From contig NC_067399.1 in NCBI RefSeq assembly GCF_016432865.1, positions 390,290,001 through 390,354,000 on the forward strand: 64,000 nt of DNA, given 5' to 3'. This DNA is from Antechinus flavipes. Its lineage: Eukaryota. The translations under genes and the position numbers were made by a program. The notes under the pieces were generated by a model, which had not been told where the DNA came from, made no database searches, and saw only the letters and a program-made list of their open reading frames with translations. Shown piece by piece: positions 1 to 19,175 of the stretch; within the stretch, counting starts at the first letter, position 1; every line of letters begins with the position of its first letter.

Positions 1-1
1 G

Positions 2-1981
<1,980 letters not shown>

Positions 1982-3084
1982 GATTTGATATGTGCTACAA
2001 TACATAGAGGCTAGGTTTTATGGCATCCTTCCCTTTCCTCTTTCATTAGTTGCTTGTCTTCCTATAGCATGAAAAGAGTAATATTCCATACTTTTACATT
2101 TTGTCATAAGGTTTTAAATTTCCATTCCAATCCTACACACATATTTTCCTTTTCTCCCTGCATTCTTTCCCTGTAAATCTTTCTCTTCTCTTTTTGTTCC
2201 CTTACATCTTAAAATTATACCCTATTAATTTTTTTAATAAGTGGACCACCATATGTTCCCTTTCTCATTTAAAATTCAAATGTTAACATTTCTTAGTCAA
2301 GTAATTCAGCCAATGTTTTTCAAGTGCTCAAATTTGATTGTGACTCCTTACTCTCACTCAGACTTATCCTTTCCTGTATGACTAACAAAAGAATGTTTAC
2401 CAAGCATTCTTTCTTATTATGACAATAAAAATAATTGTGGTTCTCTTGAAGGGCATTCTAAGCATCTACTCTGACCTTCGGGGGGATTTTTCTCCTCTTA
2501 TTTACTCTCCACCACTTTTAACATTTAAGATCTTCAGAGAACAGTGATAATCTTGTAACTTATTAGCTGTGGCCCTGTAATTTTTATAATTTACCATATA
2601 CTTAAAAAAAATTAAGATTGAAGCTATTTGCTTGGATTTTGTTCTTAAGTGTTGCATTGACATCACTGAAAATATTCTTATTTGTTGTTTCTGATGTCAG
2701 TTCCCTAAACAATGTCTAAAAAACAAGGTCTAATAAAGAACTAATGATTGATGAAAAAATTGGTATAACACATCTTCATGAAGGAATGAAAAAATTATAT
2801 GGTAAATTCTTGTGAAGAAAGAGTATGTGAAAAAAAGAAAGACTATGTGCTGGTTTGGAGACAATTGGGAAATACTAAATGAAGACTTCTCATCATTGAA
2901 TATTCCAATGACATTGCTCATTTATGATGATTTCTAATCTTTACACATTCTCAATATAAATTTGAAGAAGTGGGGTCATGCCTGTTGTTATTGTTCTTTA
3001 AAGTCATCTTTATGAGCTACTTTGTATGTGTTTATGCCACTTTTCCTCTTTAGTTCCATAGATTTGAATATTTGCATCATTTGC

Positions 3085-3190
3085 ATGAAGTCCTCTACCT
3101 TGCAGGGTTGTTGTGAGGTTCAAATGAGATGTTTATAAAGTTCTTAGCACAGTACTTAGCAAATAATAAGTATTAATAAATGGTTATTAT
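3085..3190 (+). mobile_element. MIR-family SINE 3' fragment
   Basis: CTACCTTGCAGGGTTGTTGTGAGGTTCAAATGAGAT...CTTAGCACAGTAC. Confidence 0.7.
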
Positions 3191-4819
3191 TTTCTCCCCT
3201 CAGGGCCTGAAAATAAGTTTAAATAACTATGACTTTGTTTTCTCTTTTGATTATTTAAATAATTTTTCAATATGAAGGAACATTCCACTTCATGAGTGTC
3301 ACCATTTTGGACAATGTTCATGCTTTTGTAATATCTGTTTGAGATCTTGGAGAGACTTCATACATACCTCTTCTGCATTTTATTACGGAATGTCTGACTC
3401 AGAAGGTTTTCCTAATTTTTCAACTCAGTGTTCAATCAATGTTCAATTTTGAAGAAATACTATTTATGACACATTTTTAATTTTTACAGAACATATTATC
3501 ACTTGAATTTGAAAGTAGAAGAAAGTTGTATTTATTTGAGGTCACTTTATCCTTTAACCTGCAAAAACATTTTTATTATTTTAAAAGATAGATTAAGATA
3601 ATAAACCATATCTCACTCTATCACTATTTGGAATTCAATGTTAATTGGGATTCAATGGGATTCAAGCACTTTTCTTCTTTTCATGAGCTGATGCACAAAG
3701 ATGGGTGATTTTTTTCAAATTGAGGAACAACTCACCAATGACTTAATAGACAATTGATAGAGAAGAGCCTCTGGCACACAAATATTCAGTGGCTCAATTA
3801 TGGTCACATAAGTAATAAACATCAAAAGAGAAATTTTTTTACTGTTCATTCCTGACTCCAATTAAACAGGTTTTCTCTTAAGCCATACTGTCTCTTTTTG
3901 GGAGTAACATTTCCACTTAAAAATGATCCTGTTGTTTGCAATTCTAGATCTATGATCTTACATCATTAAAACCTAAAATAGAGAGTGTGAAAGTGGGATG
4001 GAGGGGGTGTTTTCAGTGTCTTAACATTAACAGTAGGATTGGTATATACTGCATTTGAATTTTATTCTTTTTCTTTTTTCTTCCCTTTTGCTCTTCTGGT
4101 TGTTTTAAAAATTGATTTAGCAAATTAGCAATTTTGTAAATCAAAGTCATTGTCTTCTTGGTAGTAGAGGAAAGGAACAAAATTAAAAGCTATTTCAGAA
4201 TTATTCCCTGTCTCTGTCTCAGTCTCTCTTTTTGTGTCCCTGTCTTTCTCTATTTCTCTTGGTTTAGGGTTTAAAATTTTTAAGCACTTTATTTCTGTCT
4301 TAACAAACACCAAAAATTACGTATAAAAGAGAAAAGATTGTTGTACATAAAATCCCAAATCTCTGTTATTTATATTTTATTTTAAAATGCACATATTATG
4401 AATTTAATATTATTTTTAAAATTGCACTGCTTGTCTATGTTTTCTTCTCTCTGCTGTGCCAGGTGTTAAGATGCTAAAATAATGTTTGTTTTTTTTTAAT
4501 TTCTTATCTCTTAAGAAATCCTGCCTCCCAACATTCCTATAAAAGTTATTGTCTAAGAAATGAAGTTCCATTTGCCAGATTCTCCTCCTTTCTAGACCAA
4601 TTGGCTGAAATCATCATCTATTGCCCACACTCAGTCTATGGTGAACCTTCCACCTAGGAACCTTCCTTTTCCTAGGAAACATTATTTTGACCTGAGCCCT
4701 CATTGCCAGAGTGTCAGTTTCCTAGGTGGTATTGTTATTGTTCAGTGATATCTGCCTCTTTCTGGTCCCATTTGGGATTTTCTAGGTAATGATACTAGAA
4801 TAATTTCACATTTCTTTCT

Positions 4820-4960
4820 CTAGCTCATTTTACAAATCTGGAAACTGAAACAAACAGGGTTAAGTTCCTTGTCTAGGGTTACACAGCTTCAAATTGTCTT
4901 GAGGCAAAATTTGAACTTAGGAAGATCAGTCTTCCTGACTCCAGGCCTGGCACTCCTGTC
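4820..4960 (-). mobile_element. MIR/CORE-SINE fragment
   Basis: CTCATTTTACAAAT..GGAAACTGAAAC..GGTCAC-like core..TTCCTGACTCCAGG. Confidence 0.65.
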
Positions 4961-5303
4961 AACTGAGCCAACTAAAGGCTTTGGGTGGTAAATACTGAAT
5001 GATAAAACGGTGATATCTAAAGTCTGGTAGCAAAGAGACCTTTGATCGCAGAGCCTTTCCACCATTTGAGTTGTGAAGAGGAAAGATCTTTGATTACCAG
5101 AAATAATAGATAGGGAATGTTTTATATTTTTCGTTTTATAGGTTCACAGACTTGAGCGCAATAGGAAGCATCAGCTGTCTTCAGTCTGGATAGTGCCACT
5201 TTCTTTCTCCCTCCCTCTCCCTGGTCTATCCACTCTTTATCATTTACTCTCTGTGTCTGCCTCTTGATCTCAAAAGTAGTCCCTCTTAGTACTGAAAAAT
5301 TGA

Positions 5304-8153
<2,850 letters not shown>

Positions 8154-8439
8154 AATAACTACGCTTAGAATACAGTTTTAAGGACAGACTTTGAATGTCT
8201 TTCCTCCCCATCAGTTTTACACACTCATTCTAATTTCTTCCTTAAGAAATTCAATATATAACTTGTATGCAAATTTCATATTCACAGTTGTATCCTCTCA
8301 TTTGCATTAGTATTAGAAATGAAGTAACATCCTGTAGATATTGAAAAATTTTGCTTCTAATCTCTCTCTCTAAAGCTTTTTATTTTCAAAACATAAGCAA
8401 GGATAATTTGACAACATTGACTCTTGCATAGCTTTGTGT

Positions 8440-8830
8440 TTCAGATTTTCTCCTTTTTTTTTTACCACCTCACCAGATGGCAAGCAATTCAATATTAACA
8501 TGTTAATATTAAACATGTTAAACTATGTTAATATGTTAAAGCCAATATGTATAAATATATGTATACAATTCTCTTGCTGCACAAGAGAAATAAGATTAAA
8601 AAAAAATAAATGAGTAAGAAAACAAAATGAAAGTGAACAACAACAAAAAGAGTGACAATGTTATGTCTATATTCAGTTCCTACAGTCCTCTCTGTGTGTA
8701 GATGGCTCTCTTCATCATAAGATCATTGGAACTGATATCAATCATCTCATTGTTGGAAAGAGTCACTTTCATCAGAGTTGATCGTCGTATAAAATTGATG
8801 TTGTCATGTATAATGCTCTTTTTGTTCTTC
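8440..8830 (-). mobile_element. LINE-1 3'UTR fragment (old)
   Basis: Homologous to the L1 3' end at 22600-23030 (CCAGATGGCAAGCA, GCTGCACAAG, TGTAGATGGC..CATCA); boundaries approximate. Confidence 0.7.
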
Positions 8831-9885
8831 TGCTTCTAATTTCACAACAAAAGTTCTGCAGTTGTCTGCTAAATTTTTCTTTTGAAATGTAAACAATCCA
8901 CATTTAAATTTTATCCTTCTTTTCTTCAATAAAGCTGGTTTTGGCACTGCTGTGCACCTCAATTTCTTTATATGAAAAAATTATGTTGGCCTAGATCATA
9001 TCTAACATCTATTACAGTATTAACAATTTGTTGCCCTATTATTCTTATTAAACAACTAGAATATGAAAAAAATATTGCCTTAACTTTAAAGAACAGAGAA
9101 AAGTTTATGCATGTCTTTAAAAATATGTCTTAATATGCTACCAAAATGGATAATTATTGTGTCATTTTTATATTATCTAATTGACCTTTACAAACTGTTG
9201 TGTGCAAGCATTTGTTCCTATTTCTAACATTTGTGTTGAAAACTAGAGAGTCTGATATCATTTAGAGTCTTCTTTCTACCAGAAGTCAATTAATCACCAC
9301 ATCTTGTAGATATTTATTGGTTTACACTTATTTTTTGAAACACTACTTCTTGCTGTAAATCAGGTAATCATTTTGACTGAAGATTTCTTTTCTTTTTTAT
9401 AATAGAAGCATTAACAATTAGGTATAAAATATTTAGTCACATTCTCTATGAATCTCAGTTTCCTGATGTGTAAAATTAGGATAATGGCAGTACTTATCTT
9501 ACAGGATTATTGTAACAATAAAACAAAATTGGTCATGTAAGACTTTTCTCAAATCTTAAAGTACTATAAAAATAAGAACTATCATTAACATTCAGGATCA
9601 ATAAGGCTACTTCCTATTTTATCGTATTTTCACATTGTCTTATATGAAATAAATTAGAGTAATGTACAGTAGTACAATAATGATCACAGTGAAACAAAAT
9701 GAAGAGCCATCAAGTGACGCATGAAATTTTAAAATAGCAAGTATAGCTGAAAGTTTAGCTCAAGAAGAGCCCTCATTCACTACATATAACCAAGGGAAAT
9801 GTTTCTGAGAGCAAATGGAGTTCAATCTGATCACTGGTGAAGGAGATAAAAAAAATTTTTGGAGGACCTAAACTTAGGATAGAGT

Positions 9886-10066
9886 TGTGCTGTAGTCAGC
9901 TCCTATGAGCTTGGTAGGGATGACTGTTAAATTTTTATTGTGTGTATTTATACCTTAGAAATCAGCAATTGCTATAAATGAAGTCTTGGATTATTGGTTT
10001 CTTCATTGTCTAGATTTTTTTTTTAAGTGCTAACCATTCAAATTTAAGTTGAAAAGTCTGTGTGTG

Positions 10067-10097
<31 letters not shown>

Positions 10098-10183
10098 AAT
10101 ATGGGTAAGTGTGTGTGTAGGTATGCATATTTCATTCTTTCCTTCTCTCCAGCTTCGTTGTTAAATATTTATCAGCATACTCC
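9886..10183. mobile_element. MER63-like hAT non-autonomous DNA transposon with internal (TG)n
   Basis: Ends resemble MER63 termini as recalled (GTGCTG..CAGCTC...TGTTAAATTTT; GTTGTTAAATATTTATCAGCA); not database-verified. Confidence 0.55.
10059..10097. repeat. (TG)n microsatellite
   Basis: Direct reading. Confidence 0.95.
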
Positions 10184-10589
10184 TTTGTTATTCTAGAAAT
10201 GTCACTTGACCTCAGAAAAAGTATAATAGAAGATGTAGAAAATGAAGTCATCACCAGACTATTAACTATACATTATGACTATAGTGATTGGTATTTATAT
10301 AGAACTTTACAATTTTTAAAATAAAATTTAAGTTTTACGAATGCTTTACATCCATTATAGAATAGAGCCTTGTAGCACCGTGATCTGACTCCCCTAAATT
10401 TCTATGGTACAACTCACAATCCTGGTAAAGCACTAGGAATAGCATGTCACTTCCGGTTTTCCAGAAATTTAATACGGCCCGCTGTGTGAGGACTGAAAGC
10501 ACCATTGTAGGCTAAGTTAGTTGTGTGAAGCAGAGCTAAGTCCACTTATAATGGTACCTGAAAGAGAGGCAATTAAACAGAAAAAACGG

Positions 10590-12760
10590 TTTTTTTCCAA
10601 GTTTTATTCTTTATGGTTGGAGTGGGCTCAAACATCTTTCAATGGAAGAGGAGAAGAAGAATGATGCCCATTATAGGTAATGTGGGAGGAGTGGGGGAAG
10701 ATTCTTTTTGAGAATAGCAAATAGCAATTTGGAACTATGCTCAGAAAGTTATCAAACTGTGCATTCCCTTTGACCCAGCAGTGTTTCTCTTGGGCCTATA
10801 TCGCAAAGAGATCTTAAAGGAAGGAAAGGAACCCACATATGTAAAAATGTTTGTGGCAGCCCTTTTTGTAGTGGCAAGAAACTGGAAACTGAGTGCATGC
10901 CCATCAGGTGGAGAATGGCTGAATAAGTTATGAAATATGAAACATTATTTCTTATGGGACATTATTGTTCTATAAAAAATAATCAAGAGGAAGATTTTAG
11001 AAAGGCCTGGAGAGACTTACATGAACTGATTCTAAGAAATGAGCAGAATGAGGAGATCATTATACAATGCAACATCAATATTATACGACAATCAACTCTG
11101 GTGAGCATGACTCTTTCCGACAATGGGATGATTGATGCCAGTTCTAATGATCTTGTGATGGAGAGAGCCATCTACACCCAGAGAGAGGACTGTAGGAAAT
11201 GAATGTGGATCACAACATAACATACTCATTCTTTAAAAAAGAGAGAGAAGGAATAGCAGGCAGTATTTGCAGTTCGATTATGAGAACAGGTATCCATCAT
11301 AAAAGAAAAAAAACTGAGCCAGGAGATGCTGCTTGACCCCAATGTAAGATCTTTCTAGTTCTTTCCAGGCTGAATTGCAGATGTGAGACATAAATGACCA
11401 TTTCCCATTCTAAAAGGATCCTAAATTGCTTCTGAAAATCTACGGGGATGGTTGTTTGGGAAAGCTGAAGGGATGTAAGAAGCAACTGGATTCAGAAATA
11501 CCCCAACTCACATTTTCACATTCAAATTACTGCAGCACTGACAGGCAAAACACCTGGAACTCATAATGGACAAAGTGTTGGACTGTTATGAACAAGCTAA
11601 AGTTAGAATTATTCTCATGAAAAAAGATTAAAATTAAAATTAAAATTAAAAGAATTATTATCATGGCTGTGAATGGTGGATCCCTACCTACCTTTGAGAT
11701 TATTCAATTCTAGGTTTTGGTTATGGATGTTAATGACAACACTTTTGTATTTAGATGTTAAATAGAGTTAAAGTCCCTGATAATAGCCCTATAGATTCCT
11801 TGGCTGTCACCATATTTGCTAAAGATTTTCATGTAAGAAATCATCAAAAAATATCTTATGTATTTTCTATGATTCTGATGAAATTCAGAAACGGTAAATT
11901 TAATTGAAAAAGTGGTTAAATTTTGGGACTAGTCAGTAATAGGAAAATATATTGAAGCTACAGATGGTAATGGTATTTCTGAAAAAATGCATTCTTTTTT
12001 TGACAGTGATTTTTATCATTTTGTTAGTTATTTGACAACCTCAAGAAGAGAGATTTTTAAGTTGTAATTAAGTTATTTACATATGAACTTAGATCTTGAA
12101 AAGCTTATCAGAAGATCATGGAAATATGGTTTGCTCTATTTGGGAAGACCCCTTTTTTATACCGATACCAGTTGAGAATATTTGTTTCTTGTTAACCAGG
12201 AGATCAATATATAGGAAGAGTAAGACTGAGCACTATTGTCCTCAATTTGGGGTTCTCAAATCTCAAAACTGAGCTAAGCCTCATAGTGATAATTTCTGAT
12301 ATAAATGACAATGCTTTACTCAGTCTACATTGTGTACTTCTAGGAGGACAACAATTTTCCCCTCTACATTGTTGGCATCAGTGACAGGACTTGGAGACCA
12401 ATTCCAAAGTTCCTTACTCTGTGATGCTTCCTGAGACTGTAGGACAACACCCCTCTCCCCCACCCCTCCTTAGCTTAGATCCTCATTAAATCAGACAAAG
12501 ACTTTATCCTCCGAAATCCTTGGATAATAAAGCCAATCAGATGTTCCAGTTCATTTTGAGAATATATGATGGTGGTTCCTCAGTCTTGGGCAACCAGGCT
12601 ATGGTTGCATTTGTAGTTCTGGACCATGAACCATAGATCTTTTTTCATGTTATATTCACATCAGAATGGCAAAACTCTTTTCAATGACTTGGTGCCCCAG
12701 GTTGCAGAATCTGATTACCTGGTCACTAAGGCAATGACTGTGGATGGAAACTGGGTGGGA
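10590..12760 (+). pseudogene. Heavily decayed PCDHB pseudogene A, interrupted in EC1 by an L1
   Basis: Recognisable relics: 11250-11400 (CAGTATTTGCAG...GCTGAATTGCAG..ATAAATGACCAT), 11770-11830 (CCTGATAATAGCCCTATAGATTCC), 12240-12750 (CTCAAAACTGAG, GATATAAATGACAAT, TTCCAGTTC, ACCTGGTCACTAAG). Weaker signal-peptide/EC1-like sequence at 10590-10710. Many indels and stops; boundaries approximate. Confidence 0.75.
10705..11236 (+). mobile_element. 5'-truncated LINE-1 (ORF2 C-terminus and start of 3'UTR) inserted in pseudogene A
   Basis: GCAATTTGGAACTATGCTCAGAAAG...CTTTGACCCAGCAGTG, same family as 22570-23425. Confidence 0.85.
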
Positions 12761-13844
12761 TGAGAAATCACTAGGAAACTTTCACCTCCAGAGAGTCTGA
12801 AGCCATCCAATTTCCATGCCTCAAAAAAAAATTACACTTTATAATCTTGACTAATAGGTTATACCAAATGTTGTTCCTAGGCTTCATAATTGAAATGAGT
12901 ATTTAGTTATCCTAGTAATTATAATATATATAATCAATTAGTTTGAAGTCTGTAAATTTGTTTTTGGCTTTTTGAAGCAGTTAAAGTGTGATCATATAAC
13001 TATATATACCATAATATCATAATATTCCTATTTTATAATTTGATACAAACTTTTGTTTTTCTCCTTTGAAAGATGCTAGTACATTAATGATGTTGGATAT
13101 TTTTCATACTTTTAGAATGACATTATCCAAACAAGTTCCCCTATTATCAATCCAAAATATCTTTATTATCAAAAGATGAGGGGGAAAAACAAACCATTTT
13201 TATGGAATCATTACAAGATTAAGGATGTGAAATAGTTTTAAAGCCCATATAGAACCATGAGAAGAGTATTCTTGGTCAAATACAGGACAATTTTGGACAA
13301 TCCTTGAAAGAGGAAAAAAGCAAAATAATTTTCTCTTGTTATTTGATGCTTTTAAACTTATTTAGTTCTGTTAAAGGTTTAAGATAAAGTTTTGTTTCTT
13401 TTTATATGTTTATTTACTTTTTCTTATGTTGACAATTTTTGCTATGCAATGAAAATAATTTTTTTAAAAGCATGCCATTCTTCAAAATAGCCTAGTGCTT
13501 TTGATCTATTCTCAGTTCTTCAGCAGCAATAGAACATGATCTATCAAAAGGTTTCAATGTTCATATGTGGGGAACAGCATGGCATAGCAGATAGAAAGTG
13601 TTGGATAAGGAGTCAAAAAGAGCTGGCTTCAAATTTCATTCCTGGAATTTATTAGCTATATGACTATGGACAACTCACCCATATTCTGTGAGCTTTAGGC
13701 AACTCCTTAATATTTGAGATTATAGGAGAGTTGTTATCAATATATTTTTTCATACATTGTATGTATGGGGTAGGGTGGGGGCAGATAGTGAAGACTTGAA
13801 GAACTTAGAAACCATGATCTTCTACAGAAGATGATGGCTTGCCT

Positions 13845-13918
13845 GGGGCAGCTAAGTGGCACAATGGATAGAGCAGCAGCCCCGAAGTCAGGAAGACCTA
13901 AGTTCAAATCTGACCTCA
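13845..13918 (+). mobile_element. tRNA-derived CORE-SINE 5' part, cut by the gap
   Basis: GGGGCAGCTAAGTGGCACAATGGATAGAGC...GTTCAAATC (A and B boxes). Confidence 0.8.
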
Positions 13919-14059
13919 NNNNNNNNNNNNNNNNNNNNNNNNNNNNNNNNNNNNNNNNNNNNNNNNNNNNNNNNNNNNNNNNNNNNNNNNNNNNNNNNNN
14001 NNNNNNNNNNNNNNNNNNNNNNNNNNNNNNNNNNNNNNNNNNNNNNNNNNNNNNNNNNN
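13919..14059. other. Assembly gap (141 N)
   Basis: Run of N. Confidence 1.
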
Positions 14060-14404
14060 CAACTGGAATCTGTCATCCTCAATAACAAGCTGAATTTTGC
14101 AGAAGAAGGAGTATTTTTTATAGGGAACTATGACACCAACAAATCTCTGTTTTATTCTGTGTGATGAATTTTCATTTATGAGACAATTTTTATAATCATA
14201 TGAGGCCAAAGTAATGATTAAAGATATCATTAGCTAATGCTGAGTGTTTATAAAAGATAAACTTCTAAAGTTTAAAGAGAATGATAGTGTTGAATTTACT
14301 GTTTGCTGGAGAATGATAGTGCTGAATTTGCTATTATGAACAGGATCTTCATATTGATTCAAGACAGACTAATAAAATTGGATACCCAAGATTAACCCCG
14401 CTTT

Positions 14405-14549
14405 GGAGCAGCTAGGTGGTGCAGTGGATAGAGCACCAGTCCTGAAGTTAGGAGAACCTGAGTTCAAATCTGGTCTCAGACACTTAACACTTCCTGGCTG
14501 TGTGACCCTGGGCAAGTCACTTAACCCCAACTGCCTCAGGAAAAAAAAA
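14405..14549 (+). mobile_element. Full-length short marsupial CORE-SINE (WSINE1-like) with target-site duplication
   Basis: GGAGCAGCTAGGTGGTGCAGTGGATAGAGC...GGGCAAGTCACTTAACCCCAACTGCCTCAGG-polyA; ATTAACCCC..CTTT flanks both ends. Confidence 0.85.
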
Positions 14550-15019
14550 TTAACCCCCCCTTTTTAATCTTATCTGACACATTGAATTTGAATTCTAGAT
14601 ATCAGTTCCTAGAATCAATTGCTTCCCTCATAAATACAGGCAGCTGAGTATATATACAGCATTCTGAAAACCAAAAATATGAGAAACTTTCAAGCCTTCT
14701 ATTCATTTTCCTCTGAGGAAAAATGACTATGTCTTTGAGCAGATGGAATGGTTGTGATATAAAAGTTGTATACTTTATCCAGGTCATAGGCCAGACCTTT
14801 AGATCATTACAAAATCTTCAAAAGTTTGAAAGCATACCAAAAATCATGAGTAGGCCATAAGATTTTGCTAAATTAGGTCCTTTACAACTTGAGCAATCTA
14901 TAGCTGACTATCTTCAAGGTCTACAATATTTGGTGATATTTTTCATTGTATAATTCTCTAGCATCAAAGGGAAGACAATTTGATTTTTTTGAGGATACAT
15001 TATCATGTATTATGGCAGC

Positions 15020-15260
15020 TAGTTGACATAATATATAGAATGCTAATGTTGAAATCAGAAAGACCTGAATTTAAATTCTGTCTCAGACAATTGCTAGCAG
15101 TGTGACATGAACAAGTCATTTCATATTCCTCAGCCTCAGCTTTTTTATCAGTAAAATTGTAATAATAAACAATTCTCACAGAGTTGTAAGGATCAAATGA
15201 CAAAACATATGTAAAAGTCTTAGAGAAACTTAGTACTACATAAGTGCTAGAAATACTATT
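15020..15260 (+). mobile_element. MIR/CORE-SINE
   Basis: AGACCTGAATTTAAATTCT..CTCAGACA..AAGTCATTT..TCAGTAAAATTG..GAGTTGTAAGGATCAAATGA. Confidence 0.65.
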
Positions 15261-15983
15261 AGCAAGAATTCAAAAAAAATTCTTATTTCTAAAAATCTTA
15301 TATGCCCATGTCTTTTTTCATCTCAGAAGAGGGAATGACTATTCCATCTAATTTTACCTGTCTCCTATACCATTTGGAAAGTGGTTCATTTTGCTTCCTG
15401 TAAGAGCTGGTTGAGCAGGAGAATAAAGTTTTAAAATTGTCTCTTCATCCTGTAAATGTTACCTCAAAATCTCTAAAATGCTTCTATAAGCAAGTACCCT
15501 GTCTACTGTTTCTTAAGTATTATTCATTGCATAACACCTGACATAGTCTCTGCAGAATCCTAAAAACTAATCTATATTGTCATCTTACTGACTGAAAAAA
15601 TCACTTGCCTCAGTAGACTGTGTCCTAAATTCCTGTGGGGGGGAAAAACCCAACCTTTATTTGTGGGCAATCATGAGTACTTGAAATACTTTGAAGATGA
15701 AAATGACTCTGAGAAATTTTAAATCATAAATTGAAAACGTGTTACCCCTCCAATTCGATATCTATTTTTAGAGTATATGTGACCTACCTTAATGATTTTT
15801 GCAAATGCGATTCAACTTATCCAGAGAGTTCGCATTGTCACCATAGATAGCAAAACATTTGTAAAGATTTACAATTGTAATATTCACATGAACTAAATAT
15901 AAATAACATAGTTCTGCCCCCAATTCATTTTTGCGACTTTTCTCGCTATATATATATACTTAAATTTCTTTCATATATAGATT

Positions 15984-16163
15984 TTATGGGAAAATATTAA
16001 GTTATCGTTTCAGATACCTGGCGACTATGCAGGTAAAAAAGGCTCCGTGTGCAACTCAACTCCTATCAGAATTAAAGTAGAGTTGGGAAATAAACTCGGT
16101 CCAGGCGAAACTTTGTAAGGAGTAGCTGAGAGCCCAAACCGCAGCTTCCTGAGACAGCAACCC
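15984..16163 (+). promoter_or_regulatory. Orphan degenerate PCDHB promoter/5'UTR (no gene body)
   Basis: 47/60 ungapped identity to the gene 3 promoter (15984-16043 vs 16603-16662); 5'UTR homology continues to 16163. Confidence 0.8.
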
Positions 16164-16320
16164 CAAATGGAATCATGAAGAGTTGAATACGCCTGAACAA
16201 CAACAATAAAGGGATACCTAATATTTGATAGAAATACAAACATGGCAAACCATTCCACTATCTTAGCCAAGAAAACCCCAAATGGAATCGTGAAGGGTTG
16301 GAGTTGAACAACAACAATAA
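16161..16320 (+). mobile_element. Tandem-duplicated Mar1-like SINE 3' tail
   Basis: Two CCAAATGGAATC.TGAAG...GAACAACAACAATAAAGGGATACCTAATATTT units; same structure at 26176-26350. Confidence 0.75.
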
Positions 16321-16635
16321 AGGGATACCTAATATTTATTAGAAATTCAAACTTTAAAGGAGCAAATGACTATTGCACAAAGAATGGAATTTTATTTTGT
16401 TTTAAGAATATAGACGATCTATAATAATGATAAAGTGAATACAACTGGTTGTAATATGGCCTGGTAGGTTAATAGAGGTAATATAATCATTTTCCACATC
16501 TATCAATTACCAGTATTCACAGAAGATAATAAATCACAATTCTAATCTTTCTCTCCCAAATTTCACTAATTGAGCAACTCCTTAGTTCTTTTATGAGGAG
16601 TGTTATGGGAAAAGATGAAGTTATTCTTTAAGGCA

Positions 16636-16659
16636 CCTGGTGGCGCTGCAGGTTAAGAA
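16636..16659 (+). promoter_or_regulatory. CSE/CTCF site of gene 3
   Basis: CCTGGTGGCGCTGCAGGTTAAGAA, CGCT at 16644. Confidence 0.85.
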
Positions 16660-16829
16660 GGCAAGGAAGAGCCCAGCTTTCCAACCGAACAAAAGCAGAA
16701 TTGGAGGAGAAAAAAACTCATACAAGAGGACGCTTTGTAAGGAGGAGCAGAGAGCTCAAACCCGGCTTCCTGAGACAGCAACCCACGCTTGGCAATTGGA
16801 ATTAGAAAGAAAAGGCAAAATTTCTTTGA

Positions 16830-19175
<2,346 letters not shown>

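Noticed and set aside
8490-8540. Palindromic ATTAACATGTTAAT cluster
   Set aside because: Low-complexity AT expansion within an L1 3'UTR fragment.
13831-14230. ORFs spanning X runs
   Set aside because: Artefacts of the 141-N gap.
16161-16350. Repeat-spacer-repeat look (also 26176-26350) resembling a mini CRISPR array
   Set aside because: Only two units, derived from a SINE tail, in a mammalian genome; no cas genes.
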